Origin: an uncultured Desulfobacula sp.
GTDB lineage: Bacteria > Desulfobacterota > Desulfobacteria > Desulfobacterales > Desulfobacteraceae
Length of the DNA: 64,000 bases
Direction of reading: 5' to 3'
Assembly: GCA_964446145.1 (NCBI GenBank)
Contig: CAYUOB010000001.1
Span: 16,387 to 80,386 of the forward strand
This document shows, piece by piece, positions 36,751 to 45,584 of this stretch. A program made the position numbers and the translations under genes. Every line of letters begins with the position of its first letter. The first letter of the stretch is position 1. Under the pieces are notes generated by a model. The model was given only the letters and a program-made list of their open reading frames with translations. It had not been told where the DNA came from and made no database searches.

Positions 36751-37104
36751 ATGCCGCTTGCATTTAAATCCGAAAATCATGGAGAAATAGCATTTGGATT
36801 TTTCAATATAGAATCTGACATGCTGCTTTTGGAAAATTACTTTTTTTTTGCAGATCAGTTCTGCCGGTGGATATGCGAACTTGCAGGCAGAAATGACAGT
36901 GCGGAAAAACATTCTGTTGTCTGTGACGGAATTTACTACATTGAAAAATTTGATGATGTCGGCGATCTTATGGGCGCTATTCACGGTGTCAGGCTTACAG
37001 GGTTTATTGGAGATCTGTACCGTGTTTTTCCCTTTCCTTCTGATCCTGCCGCTTTTAAGCAGAATCCGGCAGGATGCAATACATTTTTTACAGGAGTATT
37101 TTAA
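36751..37104 (+). CDS. Hypothetical protein, possibly C-terminally truncated
   Basis: ATG follows AAGGA. Protein-like sequence (MPLAF...AFGFFNIESDMLLL...GDLMGAIHG..FIG.LY..FPFP) ends abruptly in AT-rich sequence. Confidence 0.55.
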   Translation: MPLAFKSENHGEIAFGFFNIESDMLLLENYFFFADQFCRWICELAGRNDSAEKHSVVCDGIYYIEKFDDVGDLMGAIHGVRLTGFIGDLYRVFPFPSDPAAFKQNPAGCNTFFTGVF

Positions 37105-37169
37105 TCTGAAAAAAAATAATGTATGTTAAAATAATTTTTAATTTTTAATGGTTTGAAAGGAAATTTCCC

Positions 37170-38339
37170 ATGCCTATCGCAGATAAAATGGTTAAAATGG
37201 TTGAAGCTGCATCCATGATCCGGAAGATGTTTGAACAAGGAATACAGATGAAGGAGACCTTCGGTGCTGATAATGTATTTGATTTTTCCCTTGGCAATCC
37301 GGATGTTCCCCCTCCGCAGATGGTAAAGGATACCCTGCTGGATCTTATCAATGATGAAACAGTTTCCCACGGATATATGCCAAATCCCGGGTATCCCCAT
37401 GTAAGGCAGGCTGTGGCTGATTACCTTAACAAAACCTTTAATATAGGCCTGACACCGGATCTGATTATAATGACTTCAGGTGCGGCAGGAGCTTTAAATG
37501 GTATCCTGCGTGCTCTCATGAATCCCGGAGAAGAGATTCTTGTGCCTGCTCCGTATTTTGTGGGATATAACCAGTATGCATTTGTGGCAGGGGCAGATCT
37601 CAGTCCGGTGGCATCATTGCCTGATTTTCACCTTGACCTTGATGCAATTGAAAAAGCCGTCACAGACAGGACAAGAGTGTTCCTGATAAATTCTCCCAAT
37701 AATCCGACCGGAGTGGTTTATAACAGAGAAGAACTTGCAGAGCTCGGCAGGGTGCTGGACAGGGCAAGTAAAAAGTTCGCAAAGCGTATATATCTTGTCT
37801 CGGATGAACCCTATCGCAAAATTGCTTATGACGTGGAAGTCCCTTCCATGTTTGATGTCTATGCCCATACAATTGTTCTTACTTCCTATTCAAAGGAATT
37901 GTCCCTTGCAGGAGAAAGAATAGGGTATCTTGCAATTCATCCCGAAGCTGAGGATGCAGCCATGATAGCGGGTGCGGCAGGGGTTGCAAATACCATGATG
38001 TACGTGAATGCTCCTGCACTTTTCCAGCAGGTTGTGGGAAAACTTCAGGGAGTTACGGTTGATGTGGAAATTTACAGAAAACGGCGTGATATGTTCTGTG
38101 AAGGCCTGAAGGATGCAGGCTATAAATTTGATGTTCCTGAAGGAGCGTTTTACCTTTTTCCTGAAAGCCCCATTGATGATGATGTCAGGTTTGTGAACAT
38201 ATTAAAGGAAAACAGGATACTTGCTGTTCCGGGAACAGGTTTTGGAGGCCCAGGCCATTTCAGGCTTTCATATGCTGTACCTGATAAGACCATCAGAAAC
38301 TCCTTTGACGGGTTTAAAAAAGCATTGGACAGCGTTTAA
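37170..38339 (+). CDS. PLP-dependent class I/II aminotransferase (aspartate/aromatic aminotransferase-like)
   Basis: DFSLGNP, NSPNNPTG, SDEPY, SYSK.LSLAGERIG and VPG.GFG. Confidence 0.9.
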   Translation: MPIADKMVKMVEAASMIRKMFEQGIQMKETFGADNVFDFSLGNPDVPPPQMVKDTLLDLINDETVSHGYMPNPGYPHVRQAVADYLNKTFNIGLTPDLIIMTSGAAGALNGILRALMNPGEEILVPAPYFVGYNQYAFVAGADLSPVASLPDFHLDLDAIEKAVTDRTRVFLINSPNNPTGVVYNREELAELGRVLDRASKKFAKRIYLVSDEPYRKIAYDVEVPSMFDVYAHTIVLTSYSKELSLAGERIGYLAIHPEAEDAAMIAGAAGVANTMMYVNAPALFQQVVGKLQGVTVDVEIYRKRRDMFCEGLKDAGYKFDVPEGAFYLFPESPIDDDVRFVNILKENRILAVPGTGFGGPGHFRLSYAVPDKTIRNSFDGFKKALDSV

Positions 38340-38401
38340 GAAAATCCCCATGATTGCGAGGAAGATGACACGGACGGGCCAGGGTTGAACTATACCCCGG
38401 T

Positions 38402-39145
38402 TTATGGGGTTTTTGCTGGACTGGGAGCCTGATTGATAAATCTTTCAGGCTGGTTCATGAATTCTTTATATATCCTGTAGTAAGCAGTATCTTTATATTT
38501 GACAGGGCTTATTTTACTGCCGGTGAAATTCAGGATATCAGCTTTTGGGCATGCAAGTAAAAACGGAGAATGGGTGGCAATTATGAACTGGGCGTGACCC
38601 TGGTTGTTTAATTCAAGCAAAAGATTCAAAAGTTCGATCAATGATGACGGAGACAGGGCTGTCTCAGGTTCGTCAAGAAAATAAACGCCTTTAATCCTGT
38701 AGCGTGATTTAAAATATGACATCAGGGACTGGCCGTGAGACTGGGTTATAAGGGATCTGCCTCCAAAATAATCCAGCATTTTCTCATCGTTCATGGCCCA
38801 TTCCTCAAGGTTCTTTGCAAAATGCTGGAAAATCTGGGATCCAAAAAAAGATCCTGGCACAGGCCCTGTATCCCATTGAATTGAAAGGGTTTTATAAAGG
38901 TCTTCTTCATAGGGATTTGGATTGCACCTTAAATTGAATTCACTTTGCCATATATGGATTCCGCATCTCATGGCCGCGGCCCTGAGCAGGGTTGATTTGC
39001 CTGTACCATTTTCTCCGGTGAAAAAAGTAATGTCTTTTTTAAATTCAAGCCTGGATGTGTTCTGGAATATCTCAAGGTTGAAAGGATAAAAATCCCTGCA
39101 TGGGAATTTTTCATGGTGAATAGTGAGCCCGGTAAGATGAATCAA
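38402..39145 (-). CDS. Stand-alone ABC/AAA-type ATPase
   Basis: GENGTGKST, QSHGQ, LDEPETALSP and IATHSP. Confidence 0.85.
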   Translation of the reverse strand: MIHLTGLTIHHEKFPCRDFYPFNLEIFQNTSRLEFKKDITFFTGENGTGKSTLLRAAAMRCGIHIWQSEFNLRCNPNPYEEDLYKTLSIQWDTGPVPGSFFGSQIFQHFAKNLEEWAMNDEKMLDYFGGRSLITQSHGQSLMSYFKSRYRIKGVYFLDEPETALSPSSLIELLNLLLELNNQGHAQFIIATHSPFLLACPKADILNFTGSKISPVKYKDTAYYRIYKEFMNQPERFINQAPSPAKTP

Positions 39146-39450
39146 GATTTTTCCTTTCTTCTTTTTTTTGCCTGTTCAATCAGGTCAAGAAGAGAAACCA
39201 TTTTAGGGGCGGCAGAGGGAGAAAATACTTTTCTGAATTCATCACCGGCAAGTTTTTGCTTTAAGTATTCGTCCACTTTAAAGTGTGAATACCAGCAGTC
39301 AATTGTTTTAAAGCATGGCAGCCCGCTGTTTTCCCTGAAGCAATATGCAAAATATATCTGATGGCCCAGACGCGGACATCTGATTGTAACACTCTTGTCC
39401 GGCGGAATATCGGGCCGGGAATCTTTTTTGCCTGTATTTGATGATGCCAT
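39142..39450 (-). CDS. Small Cys-containing hypothetical protein
   Basis: RCPRLGH..F.YC...PC....DCW motif. AAGGA RBS. ATGA overlap with the ATPase gene. Confidence 0.7.
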   Translation of the reverse strand: MASSNTGKKDSRPDIPPDKSVTIRCPRLGHQIYFAYCFRENSGLPCFKTIDCWYSHFKVDEYLKQKLAGDEFRKVFSPSAAPKMVSLLDLIEQAKKRRKEKS

Positions 39451-39474
39451 TTATTGTATTTCCTTTTAAAAGAC

Positions 39475-39523
39475 CTGCCGCAGGCAAAAGGCCCTGTTAC
39501 AAGGACATTGAGACCTGCGGCAG
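39475..39523 (-). terminator. Stem-loop downstream of trpB2
   Basis: CTGCCGCAGG...CCTGCGGCAG 10-bp inverted repeat, followed by TCTTTT on the minus strand. Confidence 0.45.
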
Positions 39524-39543
39524 ATTTGATGGAATTATTGTTT

Positions 39544-40917
39544 TCAGGTTGCCTGTTTTGGTTTTGGCAAGGATTCAATATCCTTTAAAGCTGCATCAAT
39601 CATTTCCTGGGGAAGTTCATGGTCCGACAGTTTACCTCTGAAGTAAGCTTCATAGGCAGCAAGGTCCACAAGGCCATGACCGCTCCAGTTGAAGAGAATG
39701 GTTTTTTCCCTGCCTTCTTCTTTTGCCTTGAGTGCCTCTCTTATTGCCATGCCCACTGCATGGTTGCATTCAGGAGCGCTGATATAACCTTCTGAACGGG
39801 CAAAGGTTATGCCTGCTTTAAATGTTTCCATCTGATGAATTGACTCCGGTCTTATAATGCCGTCCAGTACAAGCTGACTTACAATCGGGGCCATTCCGTG
39901 GTATCTCAGGCCGCCTGCATGGATGGGGGCCGGTACAAAATTATGGCCCAGGGTATGCATGGGCAGAAGCGGGGTCATCTGTACAGTGTCTCCAAAGTCA
40001 TAGGCAAAGGGGCCCCTTGTCATGGTCGGGCATGAGGTGGGTTCAACAGCTATGATATCAATATCCCTGCCATTGATTTTATCCATTACAAACGGCATTG
40101 CAAGACCGGCAAAATTGCTTCCGCCGCCTGCACTTCCAATGATCACGTCAGGAAAATCTCCTGCCATTTCCATTTGTTTTTTTGCTTCAAGGCCTATGAT
40201 GCTCTGGTGTATCATTACATGGTTAAGTACGCTGCCAAGGGCGTATTTTGTATTTTCATCGGCAACAGCCTGCTCTACGGCTTCACTGATTGCCATTCCA
40301 AGGCTTCCGGGAGAATCCGGGTCTTTTTCAAGTATTGAACGCCCGGCCTGGGTTTCATTGCTTGGGCTTGCCGTGCAGTTGGCACCCCATGTTTCCATCA
40401 TAAGGCGGCGGTAGGGCTTCTGATTATAGGAGATTTTTACCATGAACACTTTGCACTCTATTCCGAAAAACGAGCAGCACATGGAAAGAGCGCTTCCCCA
40501 CTGGCCAGCTCCTGTTTCAGTGGTTATTTTTTTAGTGCCTGCAACTTTGTTGTAATAAGCCTGGGCAATGGCTGTATTGGGCTTGTGGCTGCCTGCAGGG
40601 CTTACGCCTTCGTTTTTGAAATAGATTTTTGCAGGAGTATCCAGGGCCTTTTCAAGGTTATGCGCCCGGAAAAGCGGGGACGGCCTCCATATGGCATATT
40701 TGTCAAGTACTTCCTCTGGAATGTCGATCCATCTTTCGGTGCTCATTTCCTGTTCAATCAGGTTCATGGGGAAAATCGGGGCAAGATCATCTGGGCCGCA
40801 CGGCTGTCCGGTGGCGGGGTGAAGAGGCGGTTCCATGGGCGTTGGCATGTCTGCCATGACATTATACCATTGGCGTGGCATGTCCTGTTCAGTCAATATA
40901 TATTTTTTTGCTCGCAT
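39544..40917 (-). CDS. trpB2: TrpB2-type tryptophan synthase beta (TrpB-like PLP enzyme)
   Basis: [54 protein letters not shown] and HAGGLRYHG. No trpA adjacent. Confidence 0.92.
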   Translation of the reverse strand: MRAKKYILTEQDMPRQWYNVMADMPTPMEPPLHPATGQPCGPDDLAPIFPMNLIEQEMSTERWIDIPEEVLDKYAIWRPSPLFRAHNLEKALDTPAKIYFKNEGVSPAGSHKPNTAIAQAYYNKVAGTKKITTETGAGQWGSALSMCCSFFGIECKVFMVKISYNQKPYRRLMMETWGANCTASPSNETQAGRSILEKDPDSPGSLGMAISEAVEQAVADENTKYALGSVLNHVMIHQSIIGLEAKKQMEMAGDFPDVIIGSAGGGSNFAGLAMPFVMDKINGRDIDIIAVEPTSCPTMTRGPFAYDFGDTVQMTPLLPMHTLGHNFVPAPIHAGGLRYHGMAPIVSQLVLDGIIRPESIHQMETFKAGITFARSEGYISAPECNHAVGMAIREALKAKEEGREKTILFNWSGHGLVDLAAYEAYFRGKLSDHELPQEMIDAALKDIESLPKPKQAT

Positions 40918-40947
40918 AGGTCCTCCTTGTTCATGGTGGGTTATGGG

Positions 40948-40979
40948 TAAAACATGCTGACAATATACAGCATGTTTTA
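40948..40979. promoter_or_regulatory. 12-bp inverted repeat upstream of trpB2 (operator or terminator)
   Basis: TAAAACATGCTG-N8-CAGCATGTTTTA. Confidence 0.45.
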
Positions 40980-41076
40980 TGAAAAAATTAATTTACATAA
41001 TTGAACAGGCCTGACAGCCATTATAGTTCACTTATGGGAATAAAATAGCCAAGTCAAGTATAAAATTAAAGGCAGC

Positions 41077-41685
41077 TTAGAACTTTGATATTATATTTTC
41101 ATAATCCTTTTTTGTGTCAATATCCATTATGACTGCTTCATCATCAAATGGTATTTTCATAATCTGATCCTTTAATGTCCGGAAAAAAAATCTTGCTCCT
41201 CTGTCGCCTGACAGGGTTTTAAGACGGTTAAACAGCTCTTTTCCAATAATGACAGGGTTGCCTCTTTTTCCCCTGTAATAGGGAATTGTTACAGGAGCAT
41301 GGTATTTTTCATAGGCAAGAATCAATGTGTTGATGATTTCATGTGTGACAAGAGGTTGATCTCCGAGCAGAAACATTGCTGCATCACATGAGTGAGAAAT
41401 ATGTTCAAGCCCTTTTAAAAGTGATGAACTTTGGCCCTGGTCATGATTTTTGTTTATAACAATGATGGCGTCTGTATCTGAAAAATTAATTGCTGTTTTT
41501 ATTTTATCGGCCATATATCCCAGAACCACAATGACCTCATGCAGCCTTGACCTGTCTGCGTTTAATATAACATGTTCCAGAATTGGCCTGCCTCCGGCAT
41601 AAAGGAGCTGTTTTGGGGTTCCCATTCTTTTTGAACGCCCTGCGGCAAGAATTATTCCGCATATTTTCGATGGAGTCGGTAACAT
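41077..41685 (-). CDS. mocA: Molybdenum cofactor cytidylyltransferase
   Basis: ILAAGRSKRMG.PKQLL, GQSSSL, LGDQP, GNPV, GDRGAR and DIDT. Confidence 0.85.
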   Translation of the reverse strand: MLPTPSKICGIILAAGRSKRMGTPKQLLYAGGRPILEHVILNADRSRLHEVIVVLGYMADKIKTAINFSDTDAIIVINKNHDQGQSSSLLKGLEHISHSCDAAMFLLGDQPLVTHEIINTLILAYEKYHAPVTIPYYRGKRGNPVIIGKELFNRLKTLSGDRGARFFFRTLKDQIMKIPFDDEAVIMDIDTKKDYENIISKF

Positions 41686-41696
41686 GAAAAACAGGC

Positions 41697-42764
41697 CTAT
41701 ATGAGTCTGGATTCTGTGTGTTTGGGTGGATTGCGTTTTCTGATCAGTTCACCGACAATACTGACTGCAATTTCTTCCGGAGTCCGGGCATTTATGTCAA
41801 TCCCTATGGGAGAATGCACTGCTTTGAGAGCTTCATGTGAAAACCCCTGATCCATCAGTGCCCTGTAAATTGTATCGCGTTTTTTTCTGCTTCCTATCAT
41901 GCCAATATAGGCTGCATCTGTGGCAAGGGCCTGTTCAAGGACAATTTTGTCATGAATATGCCCCCTTGTCATGATCACAATGTATGAATTGTCCGTGATT
42001 TTAAGGCGGTTAAAAACGCGGCTGAACTGTTCAACCATGATTTCATCTGCTTCAGGAAACCTTTGCCTGTTTGCAAATTCAGGCCTGTCGTCAATCAGGG
42101 TTATTTCAAAATCCACTGTTTTTGCAAGGCGGGAAACCGCAGCGGAGACATGGCCTGCGCCGAACAGAAAAATTTTACACCCGGGCCTTATATGCTCGAT
42201 AAAAATCTGTGAGCCGCACCCTTTGGGGCTGATCAGTTCAAAGGCAGGGGCATTATGGCCTGATTTTATATTTTTTATGTCGAATCCCGGAATATCTCCG
42301 GCCTTTTTTCTGCCCTTTGAAAAAAATGCTCTTGTACCTGTATCTCCGGCTGAAATGCCATCTTTCACCACAGTGGCAAGAATTCCGGGTTCCCGGGTTT
42401 CCATGGAATTGCACAGGTTATTATAAACTGACATGGTTTCCTGATTTTCAGGAAAAAGGGGCTCAAGGTAAATATCCACCCTGCCGCCGCAGATCATTCC
42501 TGCGCCGGCAAGATCATCTTCCGTCATATGAAAATGAAGAATACTGGATTTTCCGGACTGCATAAGTTTTTCAGCCTCTTTTTTTGCCTTGTATTCCACA
42601 AGCCCCCCGCCTATGGTTCCCACAAGGTCTCCTTTCTGTGTTATTATGCACATGGATCCTATCCCCCTTGGGGCAGACCCTGAACGCCTTATGATTTTTG
42701 CCAGGATAATTTTCTTATCTGATTTTAAAAATTCGTAGATTGTTCTATGGATATTCTGCATCAT
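41697..42764 (-). CDS. xdhC: XdhC/CoxI family molybdoenzyme maturation factor
   Basis: GSAPR, GTIGGG..E, MICGG, FGAGHV, DDRPEFAN, TRGH..D, YIGMIGS and PEEIAVSI. Confidence 0.9.
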   Translation of the reverse strand: MMQNIHRTIYEFLKSDKKIILAKIIRRSGSAPRGIGSMCIITQKGDLVGTIGGGLVEYKAKKEAEKLMQSGKSSILHFHMTEDDLAGAGMICGGRVDIYLEPLFPENQETMSVYNNLCNSMETREPGILATVVKDGISAGDTGTRAFFSKGRKKAGDIPGFDIKNIKSGHNAPAFELISPKGCGSQIFIEHIRPGCKIFLFGAGHVSAAVSRLAKTVDFEITLIDDRPEFANRQRFPEADEIMVEQFSRVFNRLKITDNSYIVIMTRGHIHDKIVLEQALATDAAYIGMIGSRKKRDTIYRALMDQGFSHEALKAVHSPIGIDINARTPEEIAVSIVGELIRKRNPPKHTESRLI

Positions 42765-43519
42765 TATTTTTCCTTCTTATTTTTCAGAAGAGAGGTTATG
42801 ATAATTTTGTCAATATTTATATTTTTTTGTAACAAATGTGCAATTTTTTGGCCGGATCTGACTGAATCCGGTGTGTCAGCCTTGTTCAGCAACACATAGG
42901 TGTGATTCGGGGAACACAGGGTCCGGGCTTTTTTAATTTCAGTTTCAATGCAGGATGCCACGGCATGTTCATTTATGATACTGCCGGGTGGAGTTCCTGT
43001 GTTGGCTGCAAACAGGGCCGGCCTGTGGACAAAATTGTCATCAAGCACTGTACCTACGGCATCCAGCCCTGTCACCAGCACAAGGTGAGTGGTTGTGGCG
43101 GCAGGCACAGGCTCATGGGCGGCACTGGCCTTGACAGGTTTTTGCCTTGCTCCGTCAGCCTCCACAATTATCCAGTCAAAAATCATGGCTTTGTGCAGGC
43201 CATCAATTATATCAATGCTGAGTCCTTCAAGCTTGCCAAGGTTCTCATTGATTCTTCTGCCTGCTGAAAAACAGGGATAAAGGCAAAGTGCCTGTTTTGA
43301 CTTATTTATGAGATCATCGGTTCTGGTGGTCGTTATAACGCATGGCGACTGATTCTTTTCAGGAACAAAGATTTTTGTTGTGGTTGTTGTGAGGACAGTC
43401 CTGCCTTGTTTTGTGAGCTGGCCTGCAAGGCAGAACATTAAAGATGTTTTTCCGCCTGCCCCTATAATGCTTACAAGGCCTTTGTCCTTTAATCCCAATA
43501 TGTTTTCTGTTTTTGTCAT
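42764..43519 (-). CDS. yqeC: Selenium-dependent molybdenum hydroxylase accessory protein YqeC
   Basis: GAGGKTS, TTTTKI, VEADGA...P.K....HEP and HR. Confidence 0.85.
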   Translation of the reverse strand: MTKTENILGLKDKGLVSIIGAGGKTSLMFCLAGQLTKQGRTVLTTTTTKIFVPEKNQSPCVITTTRTDDLINKSKQALCLYPCFSAGRRINENLGKLEGLSIDIIDGLHKAMIFDWIIVEADGARQKPVKASAAHEPVPAATTTHLVLVTGLDAVGTVLDDNFVHRPALFAANTGTPPGSIINEHAVASCIETEIKKARTLCSPNHTYVLLNKADTPDSVRSGQKIAHLLQKNINIDKIIITSLLKNKKEK

Positions 43520-43687
43520 AAAAGGATTATTCCATAAAATTTTGCTAATTCAAAGCAATCTTTTATTACTTTGATCTCCTGTTTAATTTACTTAAATTTC
43601 TTGACTTGTTTTATCTGTGCCCGTATTTATGGAGGATATAATCGGCTGTAATCATAATAAGCGGAAATTAAATTCAAAGGTGATTTT

Positions 43688-44113
43688 ATGACAGAAACTA
43701 TCTTTCAGTTTTTAACCACAATCGGGTTCACCCATCCACTTCATCCTGCGTTCATTCATATCCCCATGGGAATGGCAGCGGGAGCATTCATATTCCGGCT
43801 GTTTTCATTTATTCCAAAGCTGAAAGGCCTTGCAAAAACTGGATATCATTGTGTGGTACTGGGCCTTGTCGGAATATTTCCCGCAGGTTTTGCAGGATAT
43901 CTTGACTGGCAGAACAGCCTCCATGGGGCATGGGAATTTCTGGTTATCCTGAAGATGATCCTGGCGGCATTGCTTGCGATCGTGTTTGTCTTTATTGTGA
44001 TCAGGGATGATCCTGAAAACCCGGGATTCAACAGAAATTTGATTCTTTATTTTGTCATGATTATTCTTGCTGCAGTCCTGGGATTTTCCGGCGGTCAGCT
44101 TGTATACGGATAA
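43688..44113 (+). CDS. Membrane protein, DUF2231-like
   Basis: HPLHP..IHIP.G motif, four hydrophobic helices and GGQLVYG end. Confidence 0.7.
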   Translation: MTETIFQFLTTIGFTHPLHPAFIHIPMGMAAGAFIFRLFSFIPKLKGLAKTGYHCVVLGLVGIFPAGFAGYLDWQNSLHGAWEFLVILKMILAALLAIVFVFIVIRDDPENPGFNRNLILYFVMIILAAVLGFSGGQLVYG

Positions 44114-44122
44114 ATGCAGAAA

Positions 44123-45166
44123 TCAGATATTTTTTTCCGCATTTATTATATCGGTCAGGCCATGATGGAGTGCTTTGATTATCCGGGTTTCTGAGATTCC
44201 CAGGCGCCTTTTGTTGCTGATATCAAACACTGAATCCATAATCCTTGTTTTTTCCCCGCCGGTTCCCCGTATCTGGAGCTGGCGGGCTTCGGCAATATTT
44301 TTCAGGATATCCGGCCTGCGGGCAAGTTTTTTAAGCTTTATGTGCACCCCGGCTCTCATGGCAGTGCCTGTATTGGTTGGACATGATGCAAGATAGCCGT
44401 ATATCCTGTGTTCAGCAAATTCAAGCTGTTCTGCAAGCAGAAAATGAGCTCTGGCAAGCCGGTTGAAGACTTCTGATATATCCGATGTATTTTCCTGACT
44501 TATGATTCTCAGGTGATCCTCTTCGTTTACCCAGATTCTGAGTTTTCTGTCTTCAGATAAAAATACTCCGCGGCATGCAGGAAAATCTGAATTGATGCCG
44601 GCAGCATCCTGAAACCTGTCTCCTTTCTTAAAGATGAGGCCCTGGGATGCAAGTTCATGTAAAATATCAGACCTGGTTTTTTCAAATGAAAAATATCTGG
44701 GCCTGAACTCCTCTTTCAGAGCCCTGAATGCTTTGACAATGTTTTTTTCAAGCCTGTATCTTTGTTTGAGGCTTATGTGCGGTGTAAAGCTGAACCCTTT
44801 AATATTTCTGGCTATTCTTATTCTTGTTGAAATGATATACCTGCTTTCAGGATCAGGATCGGAAAGCCTGGTTTCATTGAAATCAGACAGATGGTGTTTA
44901 CCGGTTTTCAGATCATGGTACTCCCGTATAACAGGATCAAAGATTAATGAGAAAATTTTGTAGGAATCAGCATCGCCTGCATAGATTCCGATTGAACTGT
45001 CAGGGTTTTCAATGCCTGATCTGACAGCTTTTTCAAGAGTATATCCGGAATCGGTTGAAAGGCCTGCAAGTTTATTTAAAATTTCAAAAGACAGGTGTTT
45101 TTTGGCAAGACATGCCGAAGAATCGGGAAATACAGGCCATTTTATTGCAGAAGCCTTATGTTTCAT
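44123..45166 (-). CDS. Arginine kinase (eukaryote-type two-domain phosphagen kinase)
   Basis: SGIENPDSSIGIYAGD, STRIRIARN, FKKGDRF, WVNEEDHLRIIS, CPTN.GT.MRA.VH and RGTGGE. Start 45166 preferred over 45268. Confidence 0.88.
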   Translation of the reverse strand: MKHKASAIKWPVFPDSSACLAKKHLSFEILNKLAGLSTDSGYTLEKAVRSGIENPDSSIGIYAGDADSYKIFSLIFDPVIREYHDLKTGKHHLSDFNETRLSDPDPESRYIISTRIRIARNIKGFSFTPHISLKQRYRLEKNIVKAFRALKEEFRPRYFSFEKTRSDILHELASQGLIFKKGDRFQDAAGINSDFPACRGVFLSEDRKLRIWVNEEDHLRIISQENTSDISEVFNRLARAHFLLAEQLEFAEHRIYGYLASCPTNTGTAMRAGVHIKLKKLARRPDILKNIAEARQLQIRGTGGEKTRIMDSVFDISNKRRLGISETRIIKALHHGLTDIINAEKNI

Positions 45167-45341
45167 ATGAAGATGACTGGGAAGAGATCCCTCTTGCAAG
45201 GGCAGTCTGAATTCTGTCAAGCACAGGGCATTCTGCATGGCATCCGGGTAGGGAATCCCTGTTTTCACAGTTTATGCACGGGCTTTTTATCAGATACCCG
45301 ATCTCAAAATCAAAAACGTCTCTTTTAATAAAATCTTCCAT
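45156..45341 (-). CDS. Small 4-Cys hypothetical protein
   Basis: 61 aa with SPCxxC...PxCxxxC. Its stop overlaps the kinase start. Confidence 0.6.
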   Translation of the reverse strand: MEDFIKRDVFDFEIGYLIKSPCINCENRDSLPGCHAECPVLDRIQTALARGISSQSSSYET

Positions 45342-45497
45342 GTTTCCAGTTTCATATTTTTATTGCTTTGATCAGGTGTATACCAATTTGAGAAGGCCAC
45401 GTCAATATGTGTGAATTTGTCTTGATTTTTATCCTGAATATGCGAAAATAAGAGAAATCAATGTTCATATTCATCAATTTGCCCTGTTGTATTACTC

Positions 45498-45513
45498 TGG
45501 CATGGGATTTGCA
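45498..45513 (+). promoter_or_regulatory. Sigma54 (-24/-12) promoter for the MCP gene
   Basis: TGGCAT-GGGAT-TTGCA with exact GG-N10-GC spacing, about 70 bp upstream of the start. Confidence 0.7.
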
Positions 45514-45584
45514 TATCGTTTTTCAAGCAGATTATAGAATTTAAAAAGTACGATAAATTGTTCATATTGCAAAGGAGGGTCATC

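Noticed and set aside
40978..41022. Trp leader peptide upstream of trpB2
   Set aside because: The short minus-strand ORF ([14 protein letters not shown]) has no Trp codons.
44123..45166. McsB protein arginine kinase
   Set aside because: It has the eukaryote-type N-terminal domain and lacks ctsR/mcsA/clpC context.
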